A DNA stretch of 64,000 nt from positions 8,064,001 to 8,128,000 of the forward strand of contig OY762007.1 in the NCBI GenBank assembly GCA_963665115.1. Direction: 5' to 3'. Positions 1 through 10,006 of this stretch are shown here, piece after piece; the stretch's first letter is position 1, and the number at the start of each line of letters is the position of its first letter. Source of the stretch: an uncultured Rivularia sp. Its GTDB lineage: Bacteria; Cyanobacteriota; Cyanobacteriia; Cyanobacteriales; Nostocaceae. The notes under the pieces are model-generated. The model saw nothing but the letters and a program-made list of their open reading frames with translations. It was not told the DNA's origin and ran no database searches. The position numbers were made by a program, and so were the translations under genes.

Positions 1-2944
1 GATGCTTTGCAGGATGCTCAGGTAAATTTGGTTGCGATGGATGAGGAGGAATTACGAGCGGCTATTGAAAAGCCAGCGGCTAATTATAATGTCAATTTGG
101 AAGAAGGTTTAAGTCAACGCTTAATTGATAAAGTGTTGGAATCTCCGAATCATTTACCTTTGTTGGAATTTACTTTAACTCAGTTGTGGGAAAAGCAGCA
201 GGATGGTTGGTTAACTCACCAAGCTTATGAAGAAATTGGTGGTGTGGAAACCGCTTTGGCTAATCATGCCGAAGCAATTTACAGTGAATTAATTCAAAGG
301 GATAAAGAAAGAGTACAACAGATATTTATTCAATTGGTGCAGCCTTCGGAAAGAAGCGCAGATATTCGCCGTTTGGCTGTTAGAGAAGAAGTGGGAGATT
401 GGGATTTAGTAAGTAAGCTGGCTGATGGGCGTTTGGTGGTAACAAATCGCAATCAAGTTACTGGAGTGGAAACCGTTGAAATTGTTCATGAAGCATTAAT
501 TAAAAATTGGCGACGATTGCAAAAGTGGATGTGGGAAGATGGAGAATTTCGGTATTGGCAAGAGCAGTTAAGGGTTTTTATTAGACAGTGGGAAAATAGC
601 AATAGAGATGATGGAGCTTTGTTGCGGGGAAAGCCGTTAATTGATGCTAAAGAATGGTTGTCACAACGTTTGAATCAAATTAGTTCGGTTGAGCAAGAAT
701 TTATTAGTTTAAGTTTAGATTTACGTAGTCGAGAAAAAAGAGAAAAGAAGCAAGCGAGAAGACGAGTTATTGTTTGGTTAATTGGTGGTTTAATTGCTGC
801 TTTAATATTAGCTGGGATTGCTGAATATCAATCGCATCAATCGGAATATCAACGTCAAAAGAGTGAAATAAATCAAATTAATTCCTTGAGTTTGACTGCA
901 AAAACTTTGTTGAATTCTGGGAATCAAGTTGAAGCGCTCAGTTTCTACTTTGGAAGCGAATAATAAACTGATTGAATTGAGAGATAATTTGGATATAGCA
1001 ACTAAGACAAAGTTGTTTAGTTCTCTGTTAGAAAATGTTAGCTCGATTCGCGAATATAATATTTTATCCAGTCATGATGCTGCGGTTAATAGCGTTGCTT
1101 TTAGTAATGATGGAAGGCTTTTGGCTTCCGGGAGTCAGGATAATACGATTAAGATTTGGCGACGAGATGGAAAATTACTGCAAACGCTAACAGAGCGTAA
1201 AGACGGTGTTTTTAGCGTTATCTTTAGTCCCGATAATCAATATCTCATCGCTGGAAGTTTTGATAATACCGTTAGTTTGTGGCGATATAATTCCACAAAG
1301 GGTTTATTTGGAAATCGTCCTTTTGTAACCATATCAGAACCCGATAAATTATGGGCGATCGCCTTTAATCCAAATAACAATATTATCGCGACTGCAAACG
1401 AAAATGGTAAGGTGAAATTTTGGAATCTGGAAGGAAAATTAATTAAAACAATATCCGCTCACAATAAAAAAATCTGGAGTTTAAATTTTAGTCCAAATGG
1501 AAAATATTTAGCTACTGCCAGCGCCGATAATACTATTAAGACATGGAATAGCCAAGGTAGGTTTTTAAAAACCTTAATAGGTCATGAAAAAGAAGTTTTA
1601 AGCGTAAATTTTAGTCCAGATAGTAAATTTATTGTTTCTGGAAGCGAAGACGAAACAGTTAAACTTTGGGATTTGATAGGTAAATTATTGCATACATTTG
1701 CAGGTCATACCGATGAAGTTTTAGACGTGCGTTTTAGCCCTGATGGTAAATTGATTGCTTCAGCGAGTGCAGATGATACGGTTCGAGTTTGGGATGTTGC
1801 TTTAAAAGAAAAATATCAGCAAATTAGGCACAGTAGCAAAGCAATTGAAGTTAAGTTTAGTCCAACTGGTAAAACTTTAGCTACTGCAAGTGCAGATAAA
1901 ACCGTTAAGCTAAGTTATCTCAAGGGCATTTTACCAACAATTGCGGGTAGTAGCATTAGTATTAGTTCCGATGGGGAAACTATTGCGATCGCGAATGGGA
2001 ATATTGTTAGTTTGCAACGAAATTATGGATTGATAAACCGCAGAGGCGCAGAGAGAGCGGAGGGAAGAGGTGTAGAGGAGTTATCGGTTGTTTTGCAGAG
2101 AGGAAAAGGTAATAGGGAGGAAGAATTTGAAATTATTAAGGTAATATTTAGTCCTACGGGAAAGTATTTTTTGACGATTGATAGCGAGAATCAAGTCAAA
2201 GTTTGGAATCTTCAAGGAAAGCTTTTACGAAATTGGCGGGGACATGATATAGATAATACTAATAATAATCTTGGCTTTGATGCAATTCAAGATATTGATA
2301 TTAGTTCGGATGGTAAAAATATTGCCACAGTTAGCAGAGTTGATAAGCAAGTTAAGCTGTGGAATTTGTCAGGAAAGTTAATTAAAAGCTGGCAATTAAA
2401 TGATGATTTGGTTACAAGTATTAAGTTTAGTCCAGATGGAGAAATAGCAATTGCTGAAGGTAAAAATGTAACATTATGGAGCCTTCAAGGGAACTTATTA
2501 CGTATAATTACGGGTCATAATGATAATATTGCCGCCTTGAGTTTTAATTCTGATGGCAGAATAATTGCCACTGCTAGTAACGATAAAACAGTTAAACTTT
2601 GGCAGCGGGATACGGGTAAGCTGTTGCAAACTTTACCTCATAAAGACAATGTTTATGCCGTTACTTTTGGTGCCGATAATCAATTTGTGATGACTGGAAG
2701 TAAAGATAAAACTTTGAAGTTATGGAGTTTGGATGGAAAGTTACTTAATACCATCAAGGGACATCAAGCAGGAATTAAGGAAGTTGAATTTAGTGGAAAT
2801 AATAATATTTTTGTTTCGGTAGATATGGATAATAATGCGATTTTGTGGAATTTGGATATTGATGAATTGCAACAGCGGGGTTGCGATTGGTTAAAGGATT
2901 ATTTGAGGACGAATGTTGATTTGGATCGCAAGGTTTGCGATTGA
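1..2944 (+). CDS. nSTAND1-type NTPase C-terminal region + TM helix + WD40 repeats (5' end outside window; split by +1 frameshift near 939)
   Basis: ORF 7-963 has LPLLEFTLTQLWE, GGVETALANHAE and VHEALIKNW motifs plus a TM segment; ORF 929-2944 has many GH..WD-type repeats; removing one base gives NQVEALVSTLEANN. Confidence 0.85.
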
Positions 2945-2967
2945 TTGGGGCGTGTTTTTTAATGTCA

Positions 2968-3120
2968 AAATCGCCTTCACCCGAAATCGCCCTCACCCGA
3001 AATCGCCCTCACCCTCGAAGGGTGGGGCTACAGGAACAAAGCCCACCTGCGTGGGCTAAATTAAGTCCGCGAAGGCGGGCTTTGTAGGTGTAGCCGCACC
3101 CTTCTAGGGTGTCGGCGATT
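2968..3120. repeat. Multi-hairpin dispersed palindromic repeat (family A), preceded by a ~16-bp unit repeated three times
   Basis: GCTACA...TGTAGC outer arms, inner hairpins AGCCCACCTGCGTGGGCT and AGTCCGCGAAGGCGGGCT; related copies at 9066, 9859, 26534. Confidence 0.8.
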
Positions 3121-3152
3121 GGATTGCGAATTGTTAATTACGAATTATTATT

Positions 3153-3974
3153 ATGTCTTACAAAAAACTAATTTCCCTAACCCTAACAATAGCCACCATT
3201 ACCACAATAAATACAATCATCCCACAACTCAAAACCGGAGCCAACCAACCGCCAAATAAACAAACACAAGCTCAAACAAAAGCGAGAGATTGGTTTTCTC
3301 AAGGGATAATTAAAGCCAACAAAAAAGATTACCGAGGTGCAATTGAGGATTTTACAAAAGCAATTGAAATTAATCCCCGATACGCATCAGCTTATTATCA
3401 ACGGGGTTTAATTTACGCTAATTATGCTCGCGGTAAAATATTGCGCTCCGATGGTACTTTACCCGGATGCGTGAGAGTTGATGAATATAGTGTTAGCTGT
3501 GAAGTTAAGGTAACTGCTAATTGGAAAAAGCAGAATCAACAACAAGCTATTAAAGATTTTAATCGTGTAATTGCAATTAGTCCTCGGTATGCAGCAGCCT
3601 ATCATCAAAGGGGATTGATTCAAGAAAATCGACGAGATAAGTTAAAGGATTTGCAGTTTGCAGCTTTAACTTATTTGCAGTTTAATAATTATTCAGCAGC
3701 AGCGAATGTTTTAGAAGATATCGATCAATTGTATTTAGAAGAAAATCCAGATGCGGGAATAAGAGAACGTCCTACGGGTTCTTCTGGATTGTCTGCTGAA
3801 TTGAAAAAATCGCCTTATCAGTTAATGATTGAAGGGCGGGAGGCTTTGAGAAAAGCGGATAAGAAAACTGCTTTGAGGAAGTATAGGTTGGCTGCGAGGA
3901 AGTTAAGAAGCGATAGGAAGAAGTATAGGGAAGTGCAGCAGATTATTGCAGCGATTGAGGGGAAGAAGAGGTAA
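3153..3974 (+). CDS. Secreted TPR-repeat protein
   Basis: Signal-peptide-like N-terminus; AIEDFTKAIEINPRYASAYYQRG TPR units. Confidence 0.8.
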   Translation: MSYKKLISLTLTIATITTINTIIPQLKTGANQPPNKQTQAQTKARDWFSQGIIKANKKDYRGAIEDFTKAIEINPRYASAYYQRGLIYANYARGKILRSDGTLPGCVRVDEYSVSCEVKVTANWKKQNQQQAIKDFNRVIAISPRYAAAYHQRGLIQENRRDKLKDLQFAALTYLQFNNYSAAANVLEDIDQLYLEENPDAGIRERPTGSSGLSAELKKSPYQLMIEGREALRKADKKTALRKYRLAARKLRSDRKKYREVQQIIAAIEGKKR

Positions 3975-4028
3975 AGGAACAGGAAAAGAGAGACTAATGA
4001 AGACTCTCGTTCCCAATTGCTTTTAATC

Positions 4029-4122
4029 TAGGACTTAGGCAAAGCCCCCCAAATTAGCGGGGGTTGGGGGGATCTAAACTTCTGGAATGCCTAACATACC
4101 GTTGCAATTGCGTAAGTCCCTA
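4029..4122. mobile_element. Short MITE-like element
   Basis: Terminal inverted repeats TAGGACTTAGGCA ... TGCGTAAGTCCCTA around a G/C-rich hairpin. Confidence 0.6.
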
Positions 4123-4140
4123 TAATCCTTTGCCTCCAAA

Positions 4141-7100
4141 TTAACGAAGCTGCGATAGTAAAGTTTGAATTTTAGAACTAGCTAGTAATTTTTGAGCATC
4201 ATTAATTAAACGCTCACCCCAAAGGTTATCTTTCTGAACTTTGATATCAGCAAAGCTTTTATCTCTTTGTAAAGCAGTTTCAGCTAACTTATAGGCTTGC
4301 TCTTGTTCTCCTTGAATATATAAAGCTACTGCAAGAGCGAAGAGAATCTCAGCAGATTTATTATCGACATTTAGAGCTTGTCGCCATTGTTTAATAGCAG
4401 CATCTATTACTCCTTTATCGTATTGAATCAAACCGATATTAGTGATAGCTACAAAGTTTTTTGTATCTTTAGCTAGCGCTTGATTATAGTCATTTAGTGC
4501 TGCGGAATAATTCCCTTGTCTATGATACGATATTCCTCGTTTGGAGTAATTACTAACATCTTCAGGATTAATTTCGATTGCTTTGCTGTAGTCAGCTACT
4601 GCTGAATTCCATTTTTTTTGCTTGATGTAAATACCTGCTCTAAATTGGTAAAGCTTAGCATCATTAGGATTAATTTGAATGGCTTTATTCAAATCAGCCA
4701 GTGCTAAATCCAATTTGTTTTGGTTATAGAAAGCAAATCCTCGATACAAGTAAGCTTCGACGTAATTAGGATTAATTTCGATTACTTTGCTATAATCAGC
4801 TACTGCTTTTTCCCATTTTTTATGTTGAGAGTAAGCTGTCCCTCGAAATTGATAATACTTAGCATTCTTAGGATTAATTTCGATCGCTTTGTCAAAATCA
4901 GCCACTGCTTTTTCCCATTTTTTCTGCAATGCATAAAGATTTCCTCTAAATTGGTAAAGTTCAGCATCATCGGGATTAATTTGAATGGCTTTGCTATACT
5001 CAGCGGCTGCTAAATCCCATTTTTTCTGCTCGAAGTAAATACTTGCTCTAAATTCATAAAGCTTACCATTATTATAATTAATTTGAATTGCTTTATTAAA
5101 ATCAGCCAGTGCTAAATCTAATTTGTTTTGATCATCTAAAATGAATGCTCGATTAATGTAAGCTTGAGTTAATTTAGGATTAATTTGAATAACTTTACTA
5201 AAATCAGCCAGTGCTAAATTCTGTTTTTTCTGGCTTTTATAAAGAATTCCCCTATTCAAGTAAGCTTCGAGGTATTTAGGATTAATTTGAATCGCTTTGC
5301 TGTAATCAGCAAGTGCTAAATCCTGTTTTTTCTGGTCAGAGTAAAAATTTCCTCGATTGTAGTAAGCTTGAGCATATTCAGGATTAATTTGAATTGCTTT
5401 GTTGTAATCAGCAAGTGCTAAATCTAATTTTTTCTGCTTATAGTAAAGATTTCCCCGATTATTGTAAGCACTATCATTTTCAGGATTAATTTGAATCACT
5501 TTGCTGTAATCATCTAGCGCTAAACCTAATTTTTTCTGGTCATAGTAAAGAGTTCCCCGATTGTAGTAAGCTTGAGCATATTCAGGATTAATTTGAATCG
5601 CTTTATTGTAATCAGCAAGTGCTAAATCCCTTTTTTTTTGGTCATTATAAAGATTTCCCCGATTATTGTAAATTTCAGACAATTGAGGATTAATTTGAAT
5701 TGCTTTATCGTAATCAGCAAATGCTAAATCCCATTTTTTCTGGCTATAGTAAACAAGTCCTCGATTGCTGTAAGCAATGTCATAGTCAGGATTAATTTGA
5801 ATTGCTTTATCGTAATCAGCTAGCGCTAAATCCCATTTTTTCTGGCTATAGTAAACAAGTCCTCGATTGCTGTAAGCAATGTCATAGTCAGGATTAATTT
5901 GAATTGCTTTATCGTAATCAGCTAGCGCTAAATCCCATTTTTTTTGGTCATCGTAAAAATTTCCCCGATTGTAGTAAGCTGTAGCATTTTTGGGATTAAT
6001 TTGAATCGCTTTGTTGTAATCAGCTAACGCTAAATCTAATTTTTTCTGGTCATCATAAACAGTTCCCCGATTGTTGTAAGCTTCAGAAAATTGAGGATTA
6101 ATTTGAATCGCTTTGTTGTAATCAGCAAGTGCTAAATCCTCTTTTTTCTGGTCTTTGTAAAGAACTCCCCGATTTAAGTAAGCTATAGCATTTTTAGGAT
6201 TAATTTGAATCGCTTTGTTGTAATCAGCTAATGCTAAATCCCATTTTTTCTGGTCTTTGTAAAGATATCCCCGATTGTTGTAAGCACTGTCATAATTAGG
6301 ATTAATTTGAATCGCTTTATTATAATCAGCTAATGCTAAATACCATCTTTTCTGGTCTTTATAGAGATTTCCTCGATTATAGTAACCACTAGCATATTCA
6401 GGATTAGTTTGAATTGCTTTGCTGTAGTCAGCAACTGCTAAATCCCATTTTTTCTGGTCATGGTAAAGATTCCCTCGATTTAAGTAAGTATCAGTATCAT
6501 TAGGATTAATTTGAATCGCTTTATTGTAATCAGCTAATGCTAAATCCAGTTTTTTTTGGTCTTTGTAGAGATTTCCTCGATTATAGTAAGCCATAGCAAA
6601 TTCAGGATCGATTTGAATCGCTTTGTTTAAATCAGCTAGCACTAAATCCGACTTTTTTTGTTCATTGTAAATATTTCCCCGATTTAAGTAAGCTAGAGCG
6701 TATTCAGGATTAATTTGAATCGCTTTGTTATAATCAGCAAGTGCTAGATCCTGTTTTTTCTGGTTATGGTAAACATATCCCCGATTTAAGTAAGCATCAG
6801 CATATTCAGGATTAATTTGAATCGCTTTGTTGAAATCAGCTAGCGCTAAATCCTGTTTTTTCTGGTCATCGTAAAAAGTTCCCCGATTAAAGTAAGCCAT
6901 AGTAAATTCAGGGTTCATTTGAATTGCTTTGTTAAAATCAGCTAGCGCTAAATCCCATTTTTCTTGGTCATAGTAAACATTTCCTCTATTTAAATAAAAC
7001 GCAGCACGAGGACTAAGTTTAATTGCTTGTTGAATTGCTATTTTTGCTTCTTTATACTGTTTTGATTCACGCAAAACTACGTGCTTTTCGTTATACAGAT

Positions 7101-9024
7101 TTGGGTTTTGTGGCTGAAGCTTAATTGCTTTATTTGTTGCTATTAATGCTTTGTCAAACTCTTTTAATTTTCTATGGGCTGAGCTTAAGGTTTCCCAAGC
7201 AGCAACAAAGTTAGGTTTTAAATTGACAACTTGATTTAATGCAGCAATAGCTTCTTTATATTCTTTCTGTCGTATTAAGGTTAAACCTTTACCATAGAAA
7301 GCCAAATAAACAAAAGATGGTTTTTGGTTAATCGCTTCATCAAAGGCTTTAACTGCTTCATCATAACGACGCAACCGCCATAATTGATTTCCTCTTTCTA
7401 ACCATTGGGAAGCAGTCGCATTTCCTCCAGAAACGTCAATTGATAATACTGCTTCTTCAATTGACTTCTTTTTTTGTGCATTTAGCTGTATTGGTCTGGT
7501 ATTTTGTAGCTGTTGCGGTTTTACATCCAATCGGGGAACTAACCCTAAAAAGGTACTTACAGGAATACCCAAACTAAATCCAATTTGAACTGGAACATCT
7601 CCAGTTTCTTCTCCTTCACTACGTCCGTGAATACCAATTACTCTTCCTTGGGAATCTAAAACCGGACCTCCACTCATTCCACCATAGGTGATACTGGTGT
7701 AAACTAATTCATACCCTCCTGTTAATGAATTCGCTGTTTGTGCTTTACCAGAATTCTCACTTTGAAAATCGGATTGTCTAGCTTGTAATAATCCACTTTC
7801 TTTTTCAAAAATTCGTCCTACTGTAAATCTCCAAGGTGAATTGTTTTTTAATTTGGGAAATCCGGCAGTAAATATAAAATCATCTTTATTAGGATTGTAA
7901 TTAGCAAGAGTTGCTATTTGATAATTTTGGGAACTCTCAAACTTAACTACCGCTAAATCAACCCCTTCTTCAATTTTGATACTGCTTTCATCTACAGCAT
8001 ATTTATTCCCATTTGACGCTAAGATTTGATAATTAAAATCACCACACGGCTTTGTTGCATCTTGTCTTTCACACAACACATGAGCCGCTGTTAATACTGT
8101 GTAAGTATTACCTTCTTTAGCAATAATTATTCCCGAACCATTTGCATTACTACTACTATCAATTCTCACCGTAAATTGTTTTGCTTTTTGTTCTAAATCT
8201 CCCAACCATCCTGTTGGTTTTATTGGCGGTACAGTAATAGAAGATTTTGGTAAAGGCAATTTATAAGCAGTCAACACATCTCTATCAACCCAGGTTAAAA
8301 CAGTTGAAATTGGAATCCCCCAACTCAACTTTCTCATTTCTGTAATTTCGGCTTCACTCGGACGTTTACCATTTTGATAAACATAACCTGTATTCAAAAT
8401 CGGATAAGCACTTTTACCATTTATTCCTACAAGTTCTCCCATAGAATTGAGAATTGCACCACCGCTCATTCCTTGTTCGATGTTGCTGCTATAACCGATT
8501 TCGTATCCTTCTTTTAAGTTAGAAGTCTTTTTAACTTCTCCTTCACTAAATGCAATTTTTCCCGTAGAACCAGAAAAACCAGAAGCTAAAATAGTTGTAT
8601 TAATATCGGGTGTTGCTTTAGAAATTTCTGCTAAACAATAATTTTGACTGCTTTGGAATTTTAGTAAGGATATATCTGAATTTTTAAAGTTGTTTTGCGG
8701 GACTATTTCTGCTGAATAAGTTTTACCGTCAGCGGTTTGCAGTTTAATCGAATTCACACCTTGAATTACATGAGAATTTGTGAGAACTAAATAATTATTA
8801 CCTTGTTTACCGATAAGCGTTCCTGAGCCACCGTTGTTATCGCCGATGACTTTTACTGTTATTTGATTGGCTAGGGTTTGTAGTTCTTTTGTTGAATATT
8901 CTTCTTGTTCTCGTTCGATTTTGCAAGTTGAATTTTGGGCTATGGAAGGGGGTGCGGCTTTGATAGGAACGGTGGGAATTTGGAGGAGGAGTAGGGAGGA
9001 GAGAAGGTAATGGTTAAGGTTCAT
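4141..9024 (-). CDS. Secreted protein with two trypsin-like serine protease domains and about 30 TPR repeats
   Basis: Two catalytic triads (TNSHV/DISLL/GMSGG and TAAHV/DLAVV/GMSGGP); 34-aa repeats AYxNRGxxY..QKKxDLALADYNKAIQINP; likely start ATG 9024. Confidence 0.9.
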   Translation of the reverse strand: MNLNHYLLSSLLLLQIPTVPIKAAPPSIAQNSTCKIEREQEEYSTKELQTLANQITVKVIGDNNGGSGTLIGKQGNNYLVLTNSHVIQGVNSIKLQTADGKTYSAEIVPQNNFKNSDISLLKFQSSQNYCLAEISKATPDINTTILASGFSGSTGKIAFSEGEVKKTSNLKEGYEIGYSSNIEQGMSGGAILNSMGELVGINGKSAYPILNTGYVYQNGKRPSEAEITEMRKLSWGIPISTVLTWVDRDVLTAYKLPLPKSSITVPPIKPTGWLGDLEQKAKQFTVRIDSSSNANGSGIIIAKEGNTYTVLTAAHVLCERQDATKPCGDFNYQILASNGNKYAVDESSIKIEEGVDLAVVKFESSQNYQIATLANYNPNKDDFIFTAGFPKLKNNSPWRFTVGRIFEKESGLLQARQSDFQSENSGKAQTANSLTGGYELVYTSITYGGMSGGPVLDSQGRVIGIHGRSEGEETGDVPVQIGFSLGIPVSTFLGLVPRLDVKPQQLQNTRPIQLNAQKKKSIEEAVLSIDVSGGNATASQWLERGNQLWRLRRYDEAVKAFDEAINQKPSFVYLAFYGKGLTLIRQKEYKEAIAALNQVVNLKPNFVAAWETLSSAHRKLKEFDKALIATNKAIKLQPQNPNLYNEKHVVLRESKQYKEAKIAIQQAIKLSPRAAFYLNRGNVYYDQEKWDLALADFNKAIQMNPEFTMAYFNRGTFYDDQKKQDLALADFNKAIQINPEYADAYLNRGYVYHNQKKQDLALADYNKAIQINPEYALAYLNRGNIYNEQKKSDLVLADLNKAIQIDPEFAMAYYNRGNLYKDQKKLDLALADYNKAIQINPNDTDTYLNRGNLYHDQKKWDLAVADYSKAIQTNPEYASGYYNRGNLYKDQKRWYLALADYNKAIQINPNYDSAYNNRGYLYKDQKKWDLALADYNKAIQINPKNAIAYLNRGVLYKDQKKEDLALADYNKAIQINPQFSEAYNNRGTVYDDQKKLDLALADYNKAIQINPKNATAYYNRGNFYDDQKKWDLALADYDKAIQINPDYDIAYSNRGLVYYSQKKWDLALADYDKAIQINPDYDIAYSNRGLVYYSQKKWDLAFADYDKAIQINPQLSEIYNNRGNLYNDQKKRDLALADYNKAIQINPEYAQAYYNRGTLYYDQKKLGLALDDYSKVIQINPENDSAYNNRGNLYYKQKKLDLALADYNKAIQINPEYAQAYYNRGNFYSDQKKQDLALADYSKAIQINPKYLEAYLNRGILYKSQKKQNLALADFSKVIQINPKLTQAYINRAFILDDQNKLDLALADFNKAIQINYNNGKLYEFRASIYFEQKKWDLAAAEYSKAIQINPDDAELYQFRGNLYALQKKWEKAVADFDKAIEINPKNAKYYQFRGTAYSQHKKWEKAVADYSKVIEINPNYVEAYLYRGFAFYNQNKLDLALADLNKAIQINPNDAKLYQFRAGIYIKQKKWNSAVADYSKAIEINPEDVSNYSKRGISYHRQGNYSAALNDYNQALAKDTKNFVAITNIGLIQYDKGVIDAAIKQWRQALNVDNKSAEILFALAVALYIQGEQEQAYKLAETALQRDKSFADIKVQKDNLWGERLINDAQKLLASSKIQTLLSQLR

Positions 9025-9065
9025 TTTAGGAGGTGGGTGAAAGGTGAATGGATGGCGTATAAATA

Positions 9066-9180
9066 CCTGGCGATTCAAATCGCGGCTACACAGACAAAGT
9101 CCGCCTTCGCGGACTATTTAGCCCACGCAGGTGGGCTTCGTTTGTGTAGCCCCAGACTTCCAGTCTGAGGGTGGTGGCGA
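9066..9180. repeat. Family A multi-hairpin repeat
   Basis: GCTACACAGACAAAGTCCGCCTTCGCGGACT..AGCCCACGCAGGTGGGCT..TGTGTAGC. Confidence 0.8.
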
Positions 9181-9193
9181 GAAATAACGGGTT

Positions 9194-9799
9194 TTAATCC
9201 TCAACCTCTACCAAAGGTGCTTTATCAAAAACATTCTGCATTTCAACGTGTAATTGCTTACCTGAACTTTGTAAAAGAATAGTTGAAGTATCTCCTCCAA
9301 TTATCCCTAGAAGTCTTTGTAAAACGAACTTAGGATCATGACCGTGTTTGATGGTAAATAAGTGATTATCTTTAGTACAACTTTCCCCTTGTTTTGCCGC
9401 ACAAATTACTGGATACCCGTTACGTTTTCCAGTTGATAAATAATCTAATCTACCTTCGTCATAATATTTCTGAAAATTCTTCGTTACCGATTCACAACGT
9501 TTCTCCGGACTCCAAGTTGAAAAATATTCAGATTTCCAGCCAATTAAACGTACATGACCATTTCGTTTGGGAACCCAAGCAACTGTTGCAGGAATGTTTC
9601 TTTCACCTGCTGAATCAAATATTTCTTTGCACAGGAAGGTAACGGAATCGGATTTAGTATTTTCGGCTTTTTCTTGGGTTGAAGTATCTGGTGTATTTTC
9701 AACTGCCGTCTGACTAAAAGTTGGTGAGATGCTGTTAGCTAAAGCGATAATTGTGGTTAATGCAGAGAGTCCGATGTTTAGAATTATTTTGCGCTGCAT
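9194..9799 (-). CDS. COP23 (circadian oscillating protein) domain protein
   Basis: Signal peptide; FxC, PAT, W.SEYF..WSPEKRC..V...FQ, GYPVIC, C...LFT motifs. Confidence 0.85.
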   Translation of the reverse strand: MQRKIILNIGLSALTTIIALANSISPTFSQTAVENTPDTSTQEKAENTKSDSVTFLCKEIFDSAGERNIPATVAWVPKRNGHVRLIGWKSEYFSTWSPEKRCESVTKNFQKYYDEGRLDYLSTGKRNGYPVICAAKQGESCTKDNHLFTIKHGHDPKFVLQRLLGIIGGDTSTILLQSSGKQLHVEMQNVFDKAPLVEVED

Positions 9800-9858
9800 G
9801 GGTTTGATTCCTTTGTTTTTGAATTAAATAAATATTGAGAAATTAGAAGCTGCACGCA

Positions 9859-9974
9859 ATACCCTAGAAGGGTATCGCTACATTTACTAAGCCTGTCTTC
9901 ACAGGCTTCAAATTCATAGTCCACGCAGGTGGGCTTTGTTTGTGTAGCCCCACCCTTCGAGGGTGAGGGCGATT
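9859..9974. repeat. Family A multi-hairpin repeat
   Basis: Ends in TGTAGCCCCACCCTTCGAGGGTGAGGGCGATT, the reverse complement of 3001-3031. Confidence 0.8.
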
Positions 9975-10006
9975 GTGGTTGATTACTAAACACCCCGAGA
10001 ATCCTT

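Noticed and set aside
4600..7000. Regular 102-bp repeats as a CRISPR array
   Set aside because: They are in-frame TPR coding repeats with no unique spacers, and no cas genes are present
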